Part shown: positions 25,416-38,280 of the stretch, piece after piece
How positions within the stretch are numbered: the first letter of the stretch is position 1
Layout: every line of letters starts with the position of its first letter
Origin: Octopus bimaculoides
Taxonomy: Eukaryota
Assembly: GCF_001194135.2 (NCBI RefSeq)
Contig: NC_068988.1
Location: forward strand, 33,407,042 to 33,471,041
Reading direction: 5' to 3'
Length of the DNA stretch: 64,000 nt
Notes under the pieces: model-generated
Database searches by the model: none
Seen by the model: only the letters and a program-made list of their open reading frames with translations
Told to the model about the DNA's origin: nothing
Program-made: the position numbers and the translations under genes

Positions 25416-26663
25416 TATTTATATATATATATATATATGTATGTATATAATGCATGTATGTCTATGTCTATATAATTATATATATATGTAGTGTCGATTA
25501 ACAGAAATTATGATATTAGATTTATTGCAATGTTTGTACTAATAAATAATTCTGTACGGAAAATTTTATTAAAACAAATATATTTCTTCTGACGCATATA
25601 AAAATACAGATAATTCGCAAAGTCTAGGGGGACATGGTTTCAAACTACTATTTTGCGCAACATATGCCTTTTTTCTCGCGTGTCACCTGGATTTATCAAT
25701 GCTAATTTCTTTTCCTCTCCTTGCCCAAGGACAATATTGGCCATTGATTATATTTCAGATAAGACATAATTGCATTTTTGTGTAAGCTGCTATTTTCATA
25801 TATCTCAGTTTGCAAGTTAATATATACAAATGTCAAAGATAAACTTGCAATATCGATATATAAATCTCGTAGAACGGCTGTAGAAATTTGAATATAGTTA
25901 ATTTAGATGGAAATTCATTTTAATGGCAAGAAATTTAGTGATAATTTGAAAGACAATGTGACTGACATTTATTAGAAGTGTCAGAATTTCGGCGCATATA
26001 TATGTATATGTGTGTGTGTGTTTTTTTTTGTTGTTGTTACTTTGTGTGTGTGTGTGTGTGTGCGCGCGCTTGTGTATTTATGTGTTTGTGTAGATATAAT
26101 AAGAGTCAATACAATATCATAGTAGCAGTTTTATAGTGGTTGCAATTGTTTTACCAACATTTAGTTTCGAACTACATTACCGAAAGATGATTATGTGTTG
26201 TAATTATTACTTTTTTAAATTTAACCATGCTGCTAAGCATTGTATCGGATATCATATATATGCTGTTGAACCATAGGTAAAATTATACAATCCGCAAGTA
26301 ATTTCTCTCACATAGTCATCTATATGTAATGTAGTGGAATGTCACTGAACCACATGTAGCCAACTTTAATCTTATTCTACCGATATTTTCATTCTCTTTC
26401 TTGCTGTATATAACATTGTACACAAAAGTAAGGCAATATATATACTAGTGTTTATGTGTACCAATTTGACTTTCTTAAACAGCCGTCTTGAATAGCAAGG
26501 TGTATGTGTTGAAGACTGCATACATAAGCAATACACCTGGACATTACCCGACATAAATTTACACTTATACACTCACACACACACACACACAAACACACAC
26601 AGATACACACACATATATATATATATAATATTTCAAGTGGTTAGACGCAATTCAAAACACAAC

Positions 26664-27064
26664 AAGAAATAATTCACTGACACGCAAATGTTACGGAGGG
26701 TGCAGGTTGCAACAGCATCGCAAGAAATAAGTGACAGAAGGCACATTTTCTATTTAGCGAGAGGGGAGACAACCTCCCCACCACAACTGTGTGACATTAG
26801 ATTGGCCTGTCAATTTCGTATGAAATTTAAAGCTCATCAGTAATGCTTACTGCAAACCGCAATGGAAATAACATTATTGATGAGCATTGATTTAATGCGA
26901 AATTGGCATGCCAATCTACAGTTACTTTATTGCGGTGGGAAGGTTGTCTCCCTTGTTAGTAACTAGAAAATGTGCTTTTTGTGGCTAAACAGTCCTTTCA
27001 TTCTTCTAGCAATACTGGTGTTCCCTGCACCCTTCGTCACCTTTTAGAGGCGGTGAATTATTTC

Positions 27065-27066
<2 letters not shown>
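26664..27066. repeat. About 400-bp imperfect fold-back palindrome (MITE-like)
   Basis: 26664-26677 aagaaataattcac pairs with 27053-27066; 26764-26775 gggagacaacct pairs with 26941-26952; pairing continues to a loop of about 5 nt near 26856. Confidence 0.85.
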
Positions 27067-27133
<67 letters not shown>

Positions 27134-27489
27134 GTGTGTGTTCGTCTGTGTGTAGATAAACATATTGGTAGTAGTAATTATTAGGTTCGGCAAAGCAAAT
27201 TACAGAATTCTTCCTTCGTATATATATATATATATATATATACTTTCATCCATTCCGTTTTTGATCTCGCCCTTGTTCTCCATTGCGATCTCATTATTCT
27301 CTTTATATCGCAAATCCATCTGAGTGGAATTCTTCCGAGCGGGTGTTTCTACTCACGCAGATACCACCCGAAAACTGCACTGATTCTCGCATTACACTGT
27401 GCAACTAATTATTATTTTATTTTTGAGGTGGACAGCAAATGTTCTTTCCTATCTGCTTCTATGCAGAAATGAAAGGAAATGACTAGAAT

Positions 27490-28127
27490 TCCCTTCCTTG
27501 GTTTTGTATCAAAATGTCATGCCTCGAAGATAGTGGATAGGGAATAGAGAAAGACCAGCAATTAATGCTAAAATTCACCCACGTAAGGTGTTGCTATCTG
27601 TTTGGTGGAATATGAAAGGTTTAGTCCACTTAAAACATTTGAAGCCAAGCGAAACGATAAGAAAGGAGATCTGCTGCGAGCTGCTTGAGCAGCTTAAGTC
27701 AACGCTAGAAGAATAAACCACCATCTTTGGTTTCAAGAAAAAGTTTTTCTTCCATCAGGATAATGCTCAGCCACATACAGCGTGGTTGACATCCTGAAGG
27801 CTGGAGCAGCTTCAATAGGAAACGATGTCACATCCACTATATTCGCCGGACATTGCCTCGTCAGGTTATTTATTCTGCAGTCTTCAAAATCATTTGGACG
27901 GAAAAAATACGAATTCTGTAGACGAGAACAGAACAGTAGTGGAGGAGTATTTTTTGTCACGGACAAGTGAATTTTGGAAGAAGTGCCTTGCAAGTCTACC
28001 AGATAGATAGAAGAACATTGTAGAGAATGAACGACAGTATATTTCAAATTATAAAAGAACTTTATCTTAATTTTGAAAAATGAATGATGTATAAAAAAAA
28101 ACACATTATTTATGGGAAGACCCAATA
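27490..28127 (+). mobile_element. mariner transposase 3' half with right TIR
   Basis: KIHPRKVLLSVWWNMKG...FFFHQDNAQPHTA...HPLYSPDIASSGYL...SLQNHLDG (DD34D motifs, YSPD); ends ttatttatgggaagacccaa followed by TA. Confidence 0.9.
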
Positions 28128-28519
28128 TATACTCCATTTCCAAAATTTGAATGTCTATCCGCATACACAGCAAACCCAGTTGCTAGCCGTGAACTATAAG
28201 ATAGCATTTTTCAGCTTATGAAAAATTTGCACTTTTCTACGTCAATAAACCACTATTCCTGAATTGTTTTTTTAAATGCCTTCTACGAACTGTTCGAAAA
28301 TCCTTGGATCTTAGTATTACACACACGCGCGCGCGCATGCATACATACATACATACATACATGCATACATACATGCATACATACATACATAAAACAACGC
28401 ATACACGCACACAAACACACACACACACACATATATGTATATATAACTATATCACATTATTGACCGTATTATCGGATGTTGTTATACGTCGAATGTAATA
28501 ATGCGCTTTTAATTCTGCC

Positions 28520-28870
28520 TTGATTGTACCATTATTTTCTATTTGGCCAAAATGGTTCAACTATATCGTCCTCCTGTTGTCATGCAAGCCTTGCCAGAGG
28601 TTTTTCGGATCTCTTGGGTACCACTTGGCAAGAGCACGTGTACACCAGCTTCCTCGAACCTTATAACATATCCGGCCTATCAGAATTATGTCTTCGGCAT
28701 TCTGCGATCACCTTTTTCATTCCGATCTGTTCTTTTCACTATGATATTCTTAGCATGAACCTTTGATTGGTCTGTCACATCGTGATCAATAGATATCCCT
28801 CTTCATAGCAGCACATTTCTTGCGCATGTTCCTATCCAGCTTTGAGCCCAACATTCATTGAGGTAAATGC
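28520..28870 (-). mobile_element. RTE-type LINE 3' fragment
   Basis: Broken frames resemble AGHV.R...W.P...KRP.GRP..RW.DDI (observed GYVIRFEEAG...GKACMTTGGRYS). Confidence 0.5.
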
Positions 28871-29001
28871 TTTCTTCTCTGCCTTTTTTCTGTTCGGGCA
28901 TACATTTACATGGATACTGAAATATTGATGTGTGTAAACGTGTGTATATGTGTGCGCGTGTTGTGTCTGTGATGTTTGTAATTATGAATTACATATATAT
29001 A

Positions 29002-29720
29002 TACAATCTCTTTGGGTTAAATTGGACAGTAGGGTAAATTTCAAAACAATATCCCATCCAAACATTTAAAAAAAATTTTTTATCAATATATGTCGAATAG
29101 GTATGGCTCAGAGATAACAGTTTTCTGAAAAAATTGCCACCCACGATTGCCATCACCGTGTCAACGAGAAACCGGATCCGGGCGCAAGCGTTCTGTACTG
29201 TGTCCGGGGCAAGATTGAATACTTCCTTGTTCTCGTCCCCCAGTTTAGTCTAGGTGTTACAGGCAAAGCGACTGGTGTCTTTCTCACCTGCATAGTATAC
29301 ATTATATTTGATGGGATTACAATCGTCAGAATGTGGAGGCCAGAAATTGGGTTTGGTGATGTAGAAATTCTCCGACAACAATCTCTGACACTTTCCACAG
29401 GTATGGCAAGGCAACGAATCCTATTACTACATATACAGCCTTCCATCATCTAACAGCTCCAGCCAGAGCTTGACTAGTTTACAGCAGCTTCACATAGCCG
29501 TCTGAATTAAACCTACAGGAATGTTCAAGTATATGTGGATGAATTCCGGCATGCGGGTGCTGACAGGACACCAGTTATGCCCCTCGCCGTGTATTAAGCT
29601 TTAGCAGCCTCCGTTACAGCTGTCCTTGCCACGTCTTTCAGGCTTTACGGTATTCACAGAGCATCTGGCAGCAGCCTGTATCATCATGATACAGGTAACG
29701 CTTTTTTAATATTCAGATGG
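29002..29720 (-). mobile_element. Tc1/mariner (maT/DD37D-like) transposase relic with internal deletion
   Basis: HILEHSCRFNSDGYVKLL...CQRLLSENFYITKPNFWPPHSDDCNPIKY...EKDTSRFACNT (WPP.SPD.NP.DY motif); degenerate terminal sequence next to TA at about 29002. Confidence 0.8.
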
Positions 29721-31818
29721 CCACTAGTACTTCATCACTTTTCTACATCCCAGTTAATGTTGAACTTGTTTCTAGTAACAGGGAGCAGCTTGTCAGTTCG
29801 TAGGTGTACCTAGTTGTGCTCTTACAGTTTTGAAAGCCACATTTAATCACGAGGACAGGCACTGGAAATATGTTATAGGCGAAATGCTTGCTGTAAATCT
29901 TGGAATTCTGACAATCATTCTCTTTAAATGCTCTAAAAATATGCATTCGTTGCATTTTCTTCACAGATAGGTCTATCAAAGCGCACATTTCTTCCACGCG
30001 TTGGTTCGTACATTGTGTCTTTTGCCAGAGATTAAGGACTGAGTTTTGAAGCCGTTTGTTTTAGTAACTTTGATACGTTTCCCATCTTTTCCTAACAAAA
30101 ATGCATATTTTCTCCCATCAAATTTCATTCCAGATTTTTGTAATTTTATATGAATTTACAGGTGTATACACATATGTATGTACATATTCATGTGTGTATG
30201 CATGGTATACATTGTTTAAGCATAATCGAGATGGGTAAAATTTGATCCTAGATCGCAGAGTCAATAAACTTTTTGCTCTAATGCGTTTCATTAAGCATAT
30301 ATCCAAGGTTTCCTTTTTTTTCCCTTTTTTGTTAAGTCAAATCGTTACCTTAACCTCCAGAATAGATATTGACAAATGAAGAAATAACCGGTCAATGTTT
30401 GCTTAATCAACTAAAGAAGGAAGCCAAGATGTGAGAGCGTGACGAAGACACAGAGATAGAGAGAACGATAAAAAGAGAAAAGGAGAAATGAAAAGAAATG
30501 TGGTCAGTGTTCTCTTCTTCTCTTCCCGTTCCCGTTTATTTATTTATTTATTATTTAAAAAAAAGAGAAGTTTTGAATGGTTATAGATTGATCAGCAATG
30601 ATTATTAACGAAACGCGAGAAGAGCAAAAATATAGCTAAATCAATAAAATTATATCAAAGAAGGGCGTGAACCATGTATAATTCATAAGAATAATCGGAC
30701 TGTAATATTTGTTATAATTTGGGGATGAAATTGTATCAGAATTAATTGTTCAGCTTCACAGAAGCATACGTGTGAAGTAATGGGTAAACATTACAAAGTC
30801 AAAACGAACAAGCTTTGAAGTTAACTAGCGTTATTTAGACCAATAGAGTCGAATACTTGAAATTTTATATGATTATTTATGTTATACTTTTGATTGTTAT
30901 TTTTTGTGCGATCTTCTGTTTTTATTTTCATTTTTTGTATTTTTGAAAAAATAATTTTGTACAAGACAGAAGGAAAATTAATAATGTGACTGTTGATCGA
31001 TTATTGATTTTCTCTTGAGATGTGAAAGACACAGTGATTATTCACATGTGCCTGTATGCGTGCATATAATACATATNNNNNNNNNNTATATATGCATGTG
31101 TGTTTGTATGTATATGTACGTATGCGTGTCTGTGTGTGTGTGTGTATGTTTGTATAACATCAGATATGTATGCCTATGTAAGTTGATAAATATGGAAGAG
31201 AAAGAGGAAGAAGCAGGAAAGTAGAGGTAAAAAGGCAAAAACAAAGAGATTGAGGAAATCATTTCGTGTCAGAGTTAGAAAACGCGTTAGCTTCGATCTA
31301 CGAACTACAAAAGCGAAATTCTGACCTATATTATAGTAGTGCTCACTAATATTGCGATGTTGATAATTATGAGGATGATGATGATGTTGGTGTCGCTGAT
31401 GAAGACGGGAAAGTCGATGACGAAGAACAATGATATACTCGAGCAATGAAGAACCGCATTAAAATCGGAAGGGAAATATAAATTCACTTAAAATATATTA
31501 CATGCTGCATTCAGAGATCGTGTTGATTTCTTTCAGCCACTATTCTTACTACTGCAGATGTTTCTAATTGTTTTATATACACAAGCTGCTTAGATGACTG
31601 TACTTGGTTAACCCTATGCGCAAGCTACTTCGATTGTTCATCGGAAAATAGATCAAAATAACATAATTAAGAAACCTGCACCAAATGGAAGTGCTTACAA
31701 AAAAAAATACAATAAAAAATATCCCATGAACACTATCAATCCTTTCTGTGATAGAACATGCATACGTATAAACATACATACATACATAACCCCACCAAAA
31801 AAAAAAAAAAAAAAAATA

Positions 31819-32015
31819 TACGAGGGATTGATGAAAAGTTCTTGGTTTTGGAGTAAAAGAAAATAGAGGAGGTTCAATTAATTATGATTTTATTCAACAT
31901 ATTCCCTCCTGAAATTCACACATTTGTTGCATCGGTCCTTCAGGTTCTCTCAGCCTTGTGAATGAACTCGGAAGTTTGGGCCTCCAACCAGTCCTTTCGC
32001 GAGACCGATAAAGCC
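31819..32015 (-). mobile_element. mariner right end (C-terminus plus TIR)
   Basis: TA followed by cgagggattgatgaaaagttc terminus; minus strand DWLEAQTSEF...LKDRCNKCVNFRREYVE*. Confidence 0.75.
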
Positions 32016-33162
32016 AGGAACTAGCACCCCGTCATATGATGGTGGCTGGGACATTACACACTCCGCAAATTTGCATCAATGTCTTTCAGTAAGTCGAGAT
32101 CGCTGCCTAAGTGTAAACACTATGCTTCAGCTTTTAGTTGTATGCCTTTGATACCGTCTGTAGGGTTTTGTACTGTCATTATCATCACCAATGTTCAACT
32201 TCTGGAATGAAAACAAATTTGCTTAATTCCTAGTAATGATTCTAGGTGATGGATTGTCCTTAAAAGCATAATTTGTTGTATATTTTAGCTGCAATTATTG
32301 ATAAACTGTTGCCATCCTATTATTAGGCTTACAAAAAATTTGGCACCTGGCCACTTTCACTTAAGTAGAGNNNNNNNNNNNNNNNNNNNNNNNNNNNNNN
32401 NNNNNNNNNNNNNNNNNNNNNNNNNNNNNNNNNNNNNNNNNNNNNNNNNNNNNNNNNNNNNNNNNNNNNNNNNNNNNNNNNNNNNNNNNNNNNNNNNNNN
32501 NNNNNNNNNNNNNNNNNCTATATTTTTATGATTTGTTTTGCCATTTGCAAAACACTGAACAATTCATTATTTCTTAGTTGTTAAGTTCACTTTTATATTC
32601 ACAATTTCACCTATGAAAATCTGTGGCTGCCTGAGAAAGTTTATAGACGTGCAAATTCCATTTATTTAGACATTCGAATTTTAGGATGAGTTCTTTATTT
32701 ATTTTTTCCTTTCTTCCTGAAATTGCTTTCACAACAGCCACTGCAAGTCAACATTATTTGAATTTATTCTATGTACAAGTTAAGTTTCAAATTCATATGT
32801 ATATATTTCATATAATTGCTGTCTTGCATTTCTGACGCTTCTTTGTTAGTTGTCGTTTATTTATTTTAGGTGTAGTTTTATATTATAAGCTCCTTTCAAT
32901 TTTTTTCATTTCTTATCTCCGTGCTTATATACATACGAAAGAATTGAAGAATTACACACACAACCGACACATACATGCGTATGTAGGCGTCTATGTTTTT
33001 TTTGGATGTGATTTTTTTATGTGTACGCATGCAATGTATATATATATTTAAGAAAGAAAGTTTTGCTTCTATTGAAAATGTATCACTTCTCAAACGAATA
33101 TTTACGAAATTTGGCACGATACTCTCGATTCCACTCCAAATATTCCATAACGGTCAAGAAAT

Positions 33163-33345
33163 ATTCTTTTCTACTCTAGGTACTAAGCCCGAAATTTTGG
33201 AGGAGGGGGCCAGTCGATTAGATCGACCCCAGTACGCAAATCGTACTTTATTTTTCGACCCCGAAAGGATTAAAGGCAAAGTCGACCTCGGCGGAACTTC
33301 AACTCAGAATGTAAACAGACAAGAAATATTAAGCATTCCATTAGA
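33163..33345 (-). mobile_element. SINE family A, 5'-truncated
   Basis: Reverse complement aligns with 36720-36889, including the cctagagtagaaaagaat tail. Confidence 0.85.
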
Positions 33346-33455
33346 CTGTCAACTTGAGAAAGGAACACAGTTCATTTTAAATAACTGTTACAGTTACAGG
33401 AATATTTTGAAGTGCATTAGACTGTGAGGTCCACTTGCTCTTCTTCCTCTCCCAG

Positions 33456-33503
33456 TTGGTTTAATATGTCTTCTCGTTCGAACACGTAACCGTTCACATT
33501 CAG
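33456..33503 (+). CDS. Candidate 48-nt phase-1 exon: transmembrane end plus basic juxtamembrane segment (xGLICLLVRTRNRSHS)
   Basis: Long pyrimidine tract cttgctcttcttcctctcccag, CAG|gtatca donor, frame-preserving. Confidence 0.4.
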
Positions 33504-33921
33504 GTATCAAAAAGCACATTTCATATTGCGTACCAGTATAACTATTCATCACACACAAACACACTCACATGCCCGCAAAAACACACACACGGGCGCATAC
33601 ACACATACATCTAAGGGAAATAGCGAGTGTAAGATGTTGTGGAGCGCTTTTAATGGTATGAGTGAGTTTAATGGTATAATTTTATATAGTGACTGTTTTT
33701 TTTTATATATCCAAGATTATAGCATTTTATATCCCTTGTGTAGCAGGTTATATAAATATAAATTCAAAATTCTATACACGGACTAAAAAATTAGTGGCAA
33801 GCATAAACGCCTAATACTTTTCTGCAACAGTAACATCCACCCTTAGGGGTCAGCCACATTTAAATGGCAAATATACTTCACTTTATCGTGCAGTTACTGT
33901 TAACACCTCGTTCAGAGATTT

Positions 33922-33963
<42 letters not shown>

Positions 33964-34559
33964 CCTTTTTTGTGTATTTCTTCTGCGTATTCTTGTAAGA
34001 AAAATTCTTTTGCTACTAATGCAACCAGTTAAACATGCATTTCCACTTTGAAAACGGCTAATCAAAGCTTGAAACTCATACCTGAGACACTCACTGTAAA
34101 AAAATCATTAATATTCAAATAAAAATTATCCCTCAAAAAGGCCATCTCTAATCATTTTTTCAAGTATATATATGTATATATGGTCCCCGTTCTATTCGAC
34201 AACCATATTCTTTCACACGTAACTAAAAAATATGTTTCGATCATTATTTTATACTATTGTAGTCGCATGTCTCACTTCTAATTGACCCGCTGTATCTTTT
34301 CGTGTTTTTCCGAGTACTTTGAACCGAGTTTGGCAAGTGATGGCTTGTGTTTTGGCATTTTGTACGCTCCCTGCGTATGCAATGATAAAATGTATCGCTT
34401 AGATCCGTGTCCCCCTAGCATTTCATACATTGCCTCCAATGTAATTTTTCTTCAATTCATATCTTAGAAGTTTTACTTTACTCGAAAATTATTCTCATAC
34501 ACTCAATTCACACTTTGTCTTAATAAACATGTTGGCATTTAACATCTACGTGTATGTAT

Positions 34560-34614
<55 letters not shown>

Positions 34615-35918
34615 CACGTTCTCACACATGTCCACTGGGATAGCTAGCAGGTTTATTAGAAAATAAATATTAGCGACGGAACATTATTAATACGTTGAAT
34701 CACTCACATATATCTTAGAAGAGTGAAACCATTTGGCATGGGCGCTAGAAGAAGCAGATCACGTGATTGTGTTTTAAAATACCTCTTGGTTATTTGCAAG
34801 CATATTAGCTGAAAGACCATTATTATTCAATAAATTTGTTCAAGGCGTTTCCCCAGCATGTATGCACTCTAATCAATGACACAAGTAAAAAATACAATGT
34901 GTTTGTGTGTATGTGCGTGCGTGCATGCGTATGAGGGTGCATGCATATGTGTATGTGTGTGTGCAAGTATGTATATCTGTATGTATATACATGTATATAA
35001 CAGAAGCAAATATGTGGACTGAGATAATCATGAAGCTATACGTTTGTGTGTGTGTGAGAGTATGCATGTATATGTATCTACATATCCATAGATATATAGA
35101 ACATATATACATATATACATACGCACATATACATAATTATAATTATACAGATACACGTACATATATGTAAGTGCATGTAAATATATATATATAGATAACT
35201 AAATATACATAATTATATCTACGACGTGCTTTGCTTCGCCGAAACATGCCTAGCCGATTAATTTTATCTTCATTTTGCAATCAATGGATAGATAATTCAG
35301 CGACTTTTCGATGATCGGAATGCAGGACACAGAATTATAGTTACAGTTATGTCAGAGAGATATCGTCACCTTCTCACATATGCTTATAGTTTGTAATAAT
35401 ACCATAGGGCTCCACCTAACTATATATAAGTAACACTGTGTTACTTATATATAGATTCTAGTGTTTAGCACTACGCTAAACTAAAGCAACAATCTTTACA
35501 TTTGTTTGCCGTTATACATTTCGTAACAGTATCCTGATATTTCTCAGATATTTATACATCAGAAACATGATGAAATTTTTTTCGGGAACGATGCGTCTTA
35601 ATAATCTTTATTAGGTATTTTACATGAGAAGAATAAAAAGTGGTCCATAAGAAAAGATTTGTAGCAGTTACGGTGAACATTTAAGATATCGCTGTTTAAA
35701 TATTATTAGTTAATCACTAACTAAAATAAATCGGAGTGTAGTTTGAACCTATAATCGTCATCTTATAGTTTAAGATCATTGTAGCATAGATTTCTGTAAT
35801 ATATTCGTTGATTTAATGATGCCAACATATGCATATGCACATTTCATACATCATATTATTAACGGATTTTGTGTACATTCAATATCATTTTATTAACCTT
35901 CATTTACAAATATTTTAG

Positions 35919-35948
35919 GTCGATCATCATTGTCATTAGAAGAACACG
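35919..35948 (+). CDS. Candidate 30-nt phase-1 microexon (GRSSLSLEEH)
   Basis: tattaac...catttacaaatattttag acceptor, ACG|gtaaga donor, frame-preserving. Confidence 0.45.
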
Positions 35949-36676
35949 GTAAGAAATTCAGAGACGATAATCAACTTAATATATTCATAAGCGTAGTTTA
36001 TTATATGGAATTTGATATAAATGGGTATTTAACGATACCGGAACCCATGGATACACAAGAGCAATGACATGGAACCATTTTAAACGGACAAAAATTGAAT
36101 GTTTTCTGGTGTATAGAAAGGCTCACAATTTTAGTGTGGACATTGTACAACATTAGTTCTAGAAATGGTTTTATAACTTTACCACATGGAGCGATGAAAA
36201 GCAAAGTTGAATTCATGTGAATTTTAGATTTATAATTTTAGGAGATTAACAATATTACGAAAAAGAATGTTTCAGTTCACAACAATTTTTTTATTACAAA
36301 ATTAGACAAAAACATTTTACATATTAGACGTAAAGGCATTGGTGTATGGTTAAGAATTTTACCTCGAATCATTATCGTTCCGGTATCCTTCCCGCCCCAA
36401 AATATCCATAGACTATTTTCCACCAAGAGCATCTTTGTGTTACCACGTATGTGTGAAATTCAATGAAAGGTAACTGCTGAAACACGTTGAATATATCCAT
36501 ATATTTACTTACCTAACCTTATTTCACATATAATTATTTTATGCGTTCTCTAAGTTCAAGAAATAGCAGCCAAATCGCCCTTATATACCAGCATAATATC
36601 CTGTAAATGAATTTACAGTCAAGTAATAGATACTTTAATACAATATACAATATTTTACTAATATAGTCATGCTAAA

Positions 36677-36889
36677 GCAGCGAGCTGGCAGAAACATTAG
36701 CACGCTGGGCGAAATGCTTAGCGGTACATCGACTGTCTTTCCGTTCTGAGTTCAAATCCGCCGCGGTTGACTTTGCTTATCATCCCTTCGGAGTCGATAA
36801 ATTAAGTACAAGTTGCGTACTGGGGTCGATCTAATCGACTGCTCCCCTCCCCAAAAATGTCGGGCTTTGTGCCTAGAGTAGAAAAGAAT
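36677..36889 (+). mobile_element. SINE family A, near full-length
   Basis: gcagcgagctggcagaaacattagcacg head; ttctgagttcaaatccgcc...gtcgataaattaagtac core; about ten related copies in the window. Confidence 0.9.
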
Positions 36890-37169
36890 AATATAGTCAT
36901 GGCTGGCTGGAACATATGGAGTCTAAGTTTTACTTTAGAACAAAGCTACGACTTATGCAATGTAAAATGTAAAATTAGTAGAAGTGTGCATGAATTGTGT
37001 TGCTCGTCCCGCTAGAAAATTAAGCTAAATCTCCTCTAACTTTTCACACTAATGTATTAGCTAAATATCCAATTACCTGAATATTTTAAACCATCTTATC
37101 CGATTAAAACGATAGAATAATCACAGCTATAATGCAATTCATTTTACGTTTCCGGATCAACACAATGTA

Positions 37170-37410
37170 AAATATATCAACAATATAAACAACATAACAA
37201 CAATACGACAAAGCATAATATAAACATAAAAATATAACAAAATATAACATTATAAACAACAATATTACAAAACATATCGATGTAAACAACATAGACAACA
37301 TAACAACAATACAACAAAATATTACATTATAAACAACTTACCAATACAATAAAATATAACAATATAAACAACATAGTAAGAATATAAAATATAAGAACAG
37401 AAACTATATA
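37170..37410. repeat. Degenerate A/C-rich minisatellite (aacaacata/aaaatata units)
   Basis: Directly visible low-complexity tandem units. Confidence 0.75.
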
Positions 37411-37625
37411 ATAACGTTATAGGGATGAACAAAAATCTATAACTTACTATGGTTTCAATGAGTAGCATGATTTAAAAAATCACCTCAGCGTAATTGTCTT
37501 TGTCATAGAATCCAATATTCATATTCATAAGCGTTTATATAATTTGGATACTAACATATACGTGTGAAGTTGCAATAGTAACTGGAATCAATCGGTTTCA
37601 TGCATTTTGATCTTCAATAACACAG

Positions 37626-37690
37626 GTCGATCATCGATAGAGAAACTGAATTGTAGAAAGTCTAATAATGAATACTTTGAATATGTATGA
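37626..37690 (+). CDS. Candidate terminal exon (GRSSIEKLNCRKSNNEYFEYV*)
   Basis: tcttcaataacacag acceptor; starts with the same AG|GTCGATCATC as the 35919 microexon; TGA 37688-37690; ATTAAA at 37886-37891. Confidence 0.35.
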
Positions 37691-37904
37691 AAGGAAAGCG
37701 CTGAGGAATATATTAATACCCATCACGCGAACGAGAATAATAATAGAATTATTCGAGTATTCAGGGTCGTTAATATCAAAACGTTTTAAAAGTACATAAC
37801 AGTGTTGCTGTTTAGTCACATTTCACTCCTGGTCGAGCAGAAACAAGATCAAAGTCATAACGGCCAAAATTCAAGTCTTCTGCTTATTAAATACATACAT
37901 TTCA

Positions 37905-37954
37905 TTCTATCTATCTATATATCTATCTATCTGTCTGTATGTCTGCCTGTCTAT

Positions 37955-38012
<58 letters not shown>

Positions 38013-38043
38013 GTCTGTCTGTCTGCCTGTCTATCTATCTATA

Positions 38044-38124
<81 letters not shown>

Positions 38125-38211
38125 ATCTATCTATCTAGCTAGCTAGCTATCTAGCTAGCTATCTAGCTAGCTATTAACCTGTATGTCTGTCTCTCCATCT
38201 ATCTATCCGTA

Positions 38212-38258
<47 letters not shown>

Positions 38259-38280
38259 TTATTTATCTATCTATCTGTCA
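37905..38280. repeat. (TATC)n/(TGTC)n microsatellite with a (TAGC)n block
   Basis: Directly visible. Confidence 0.95.
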
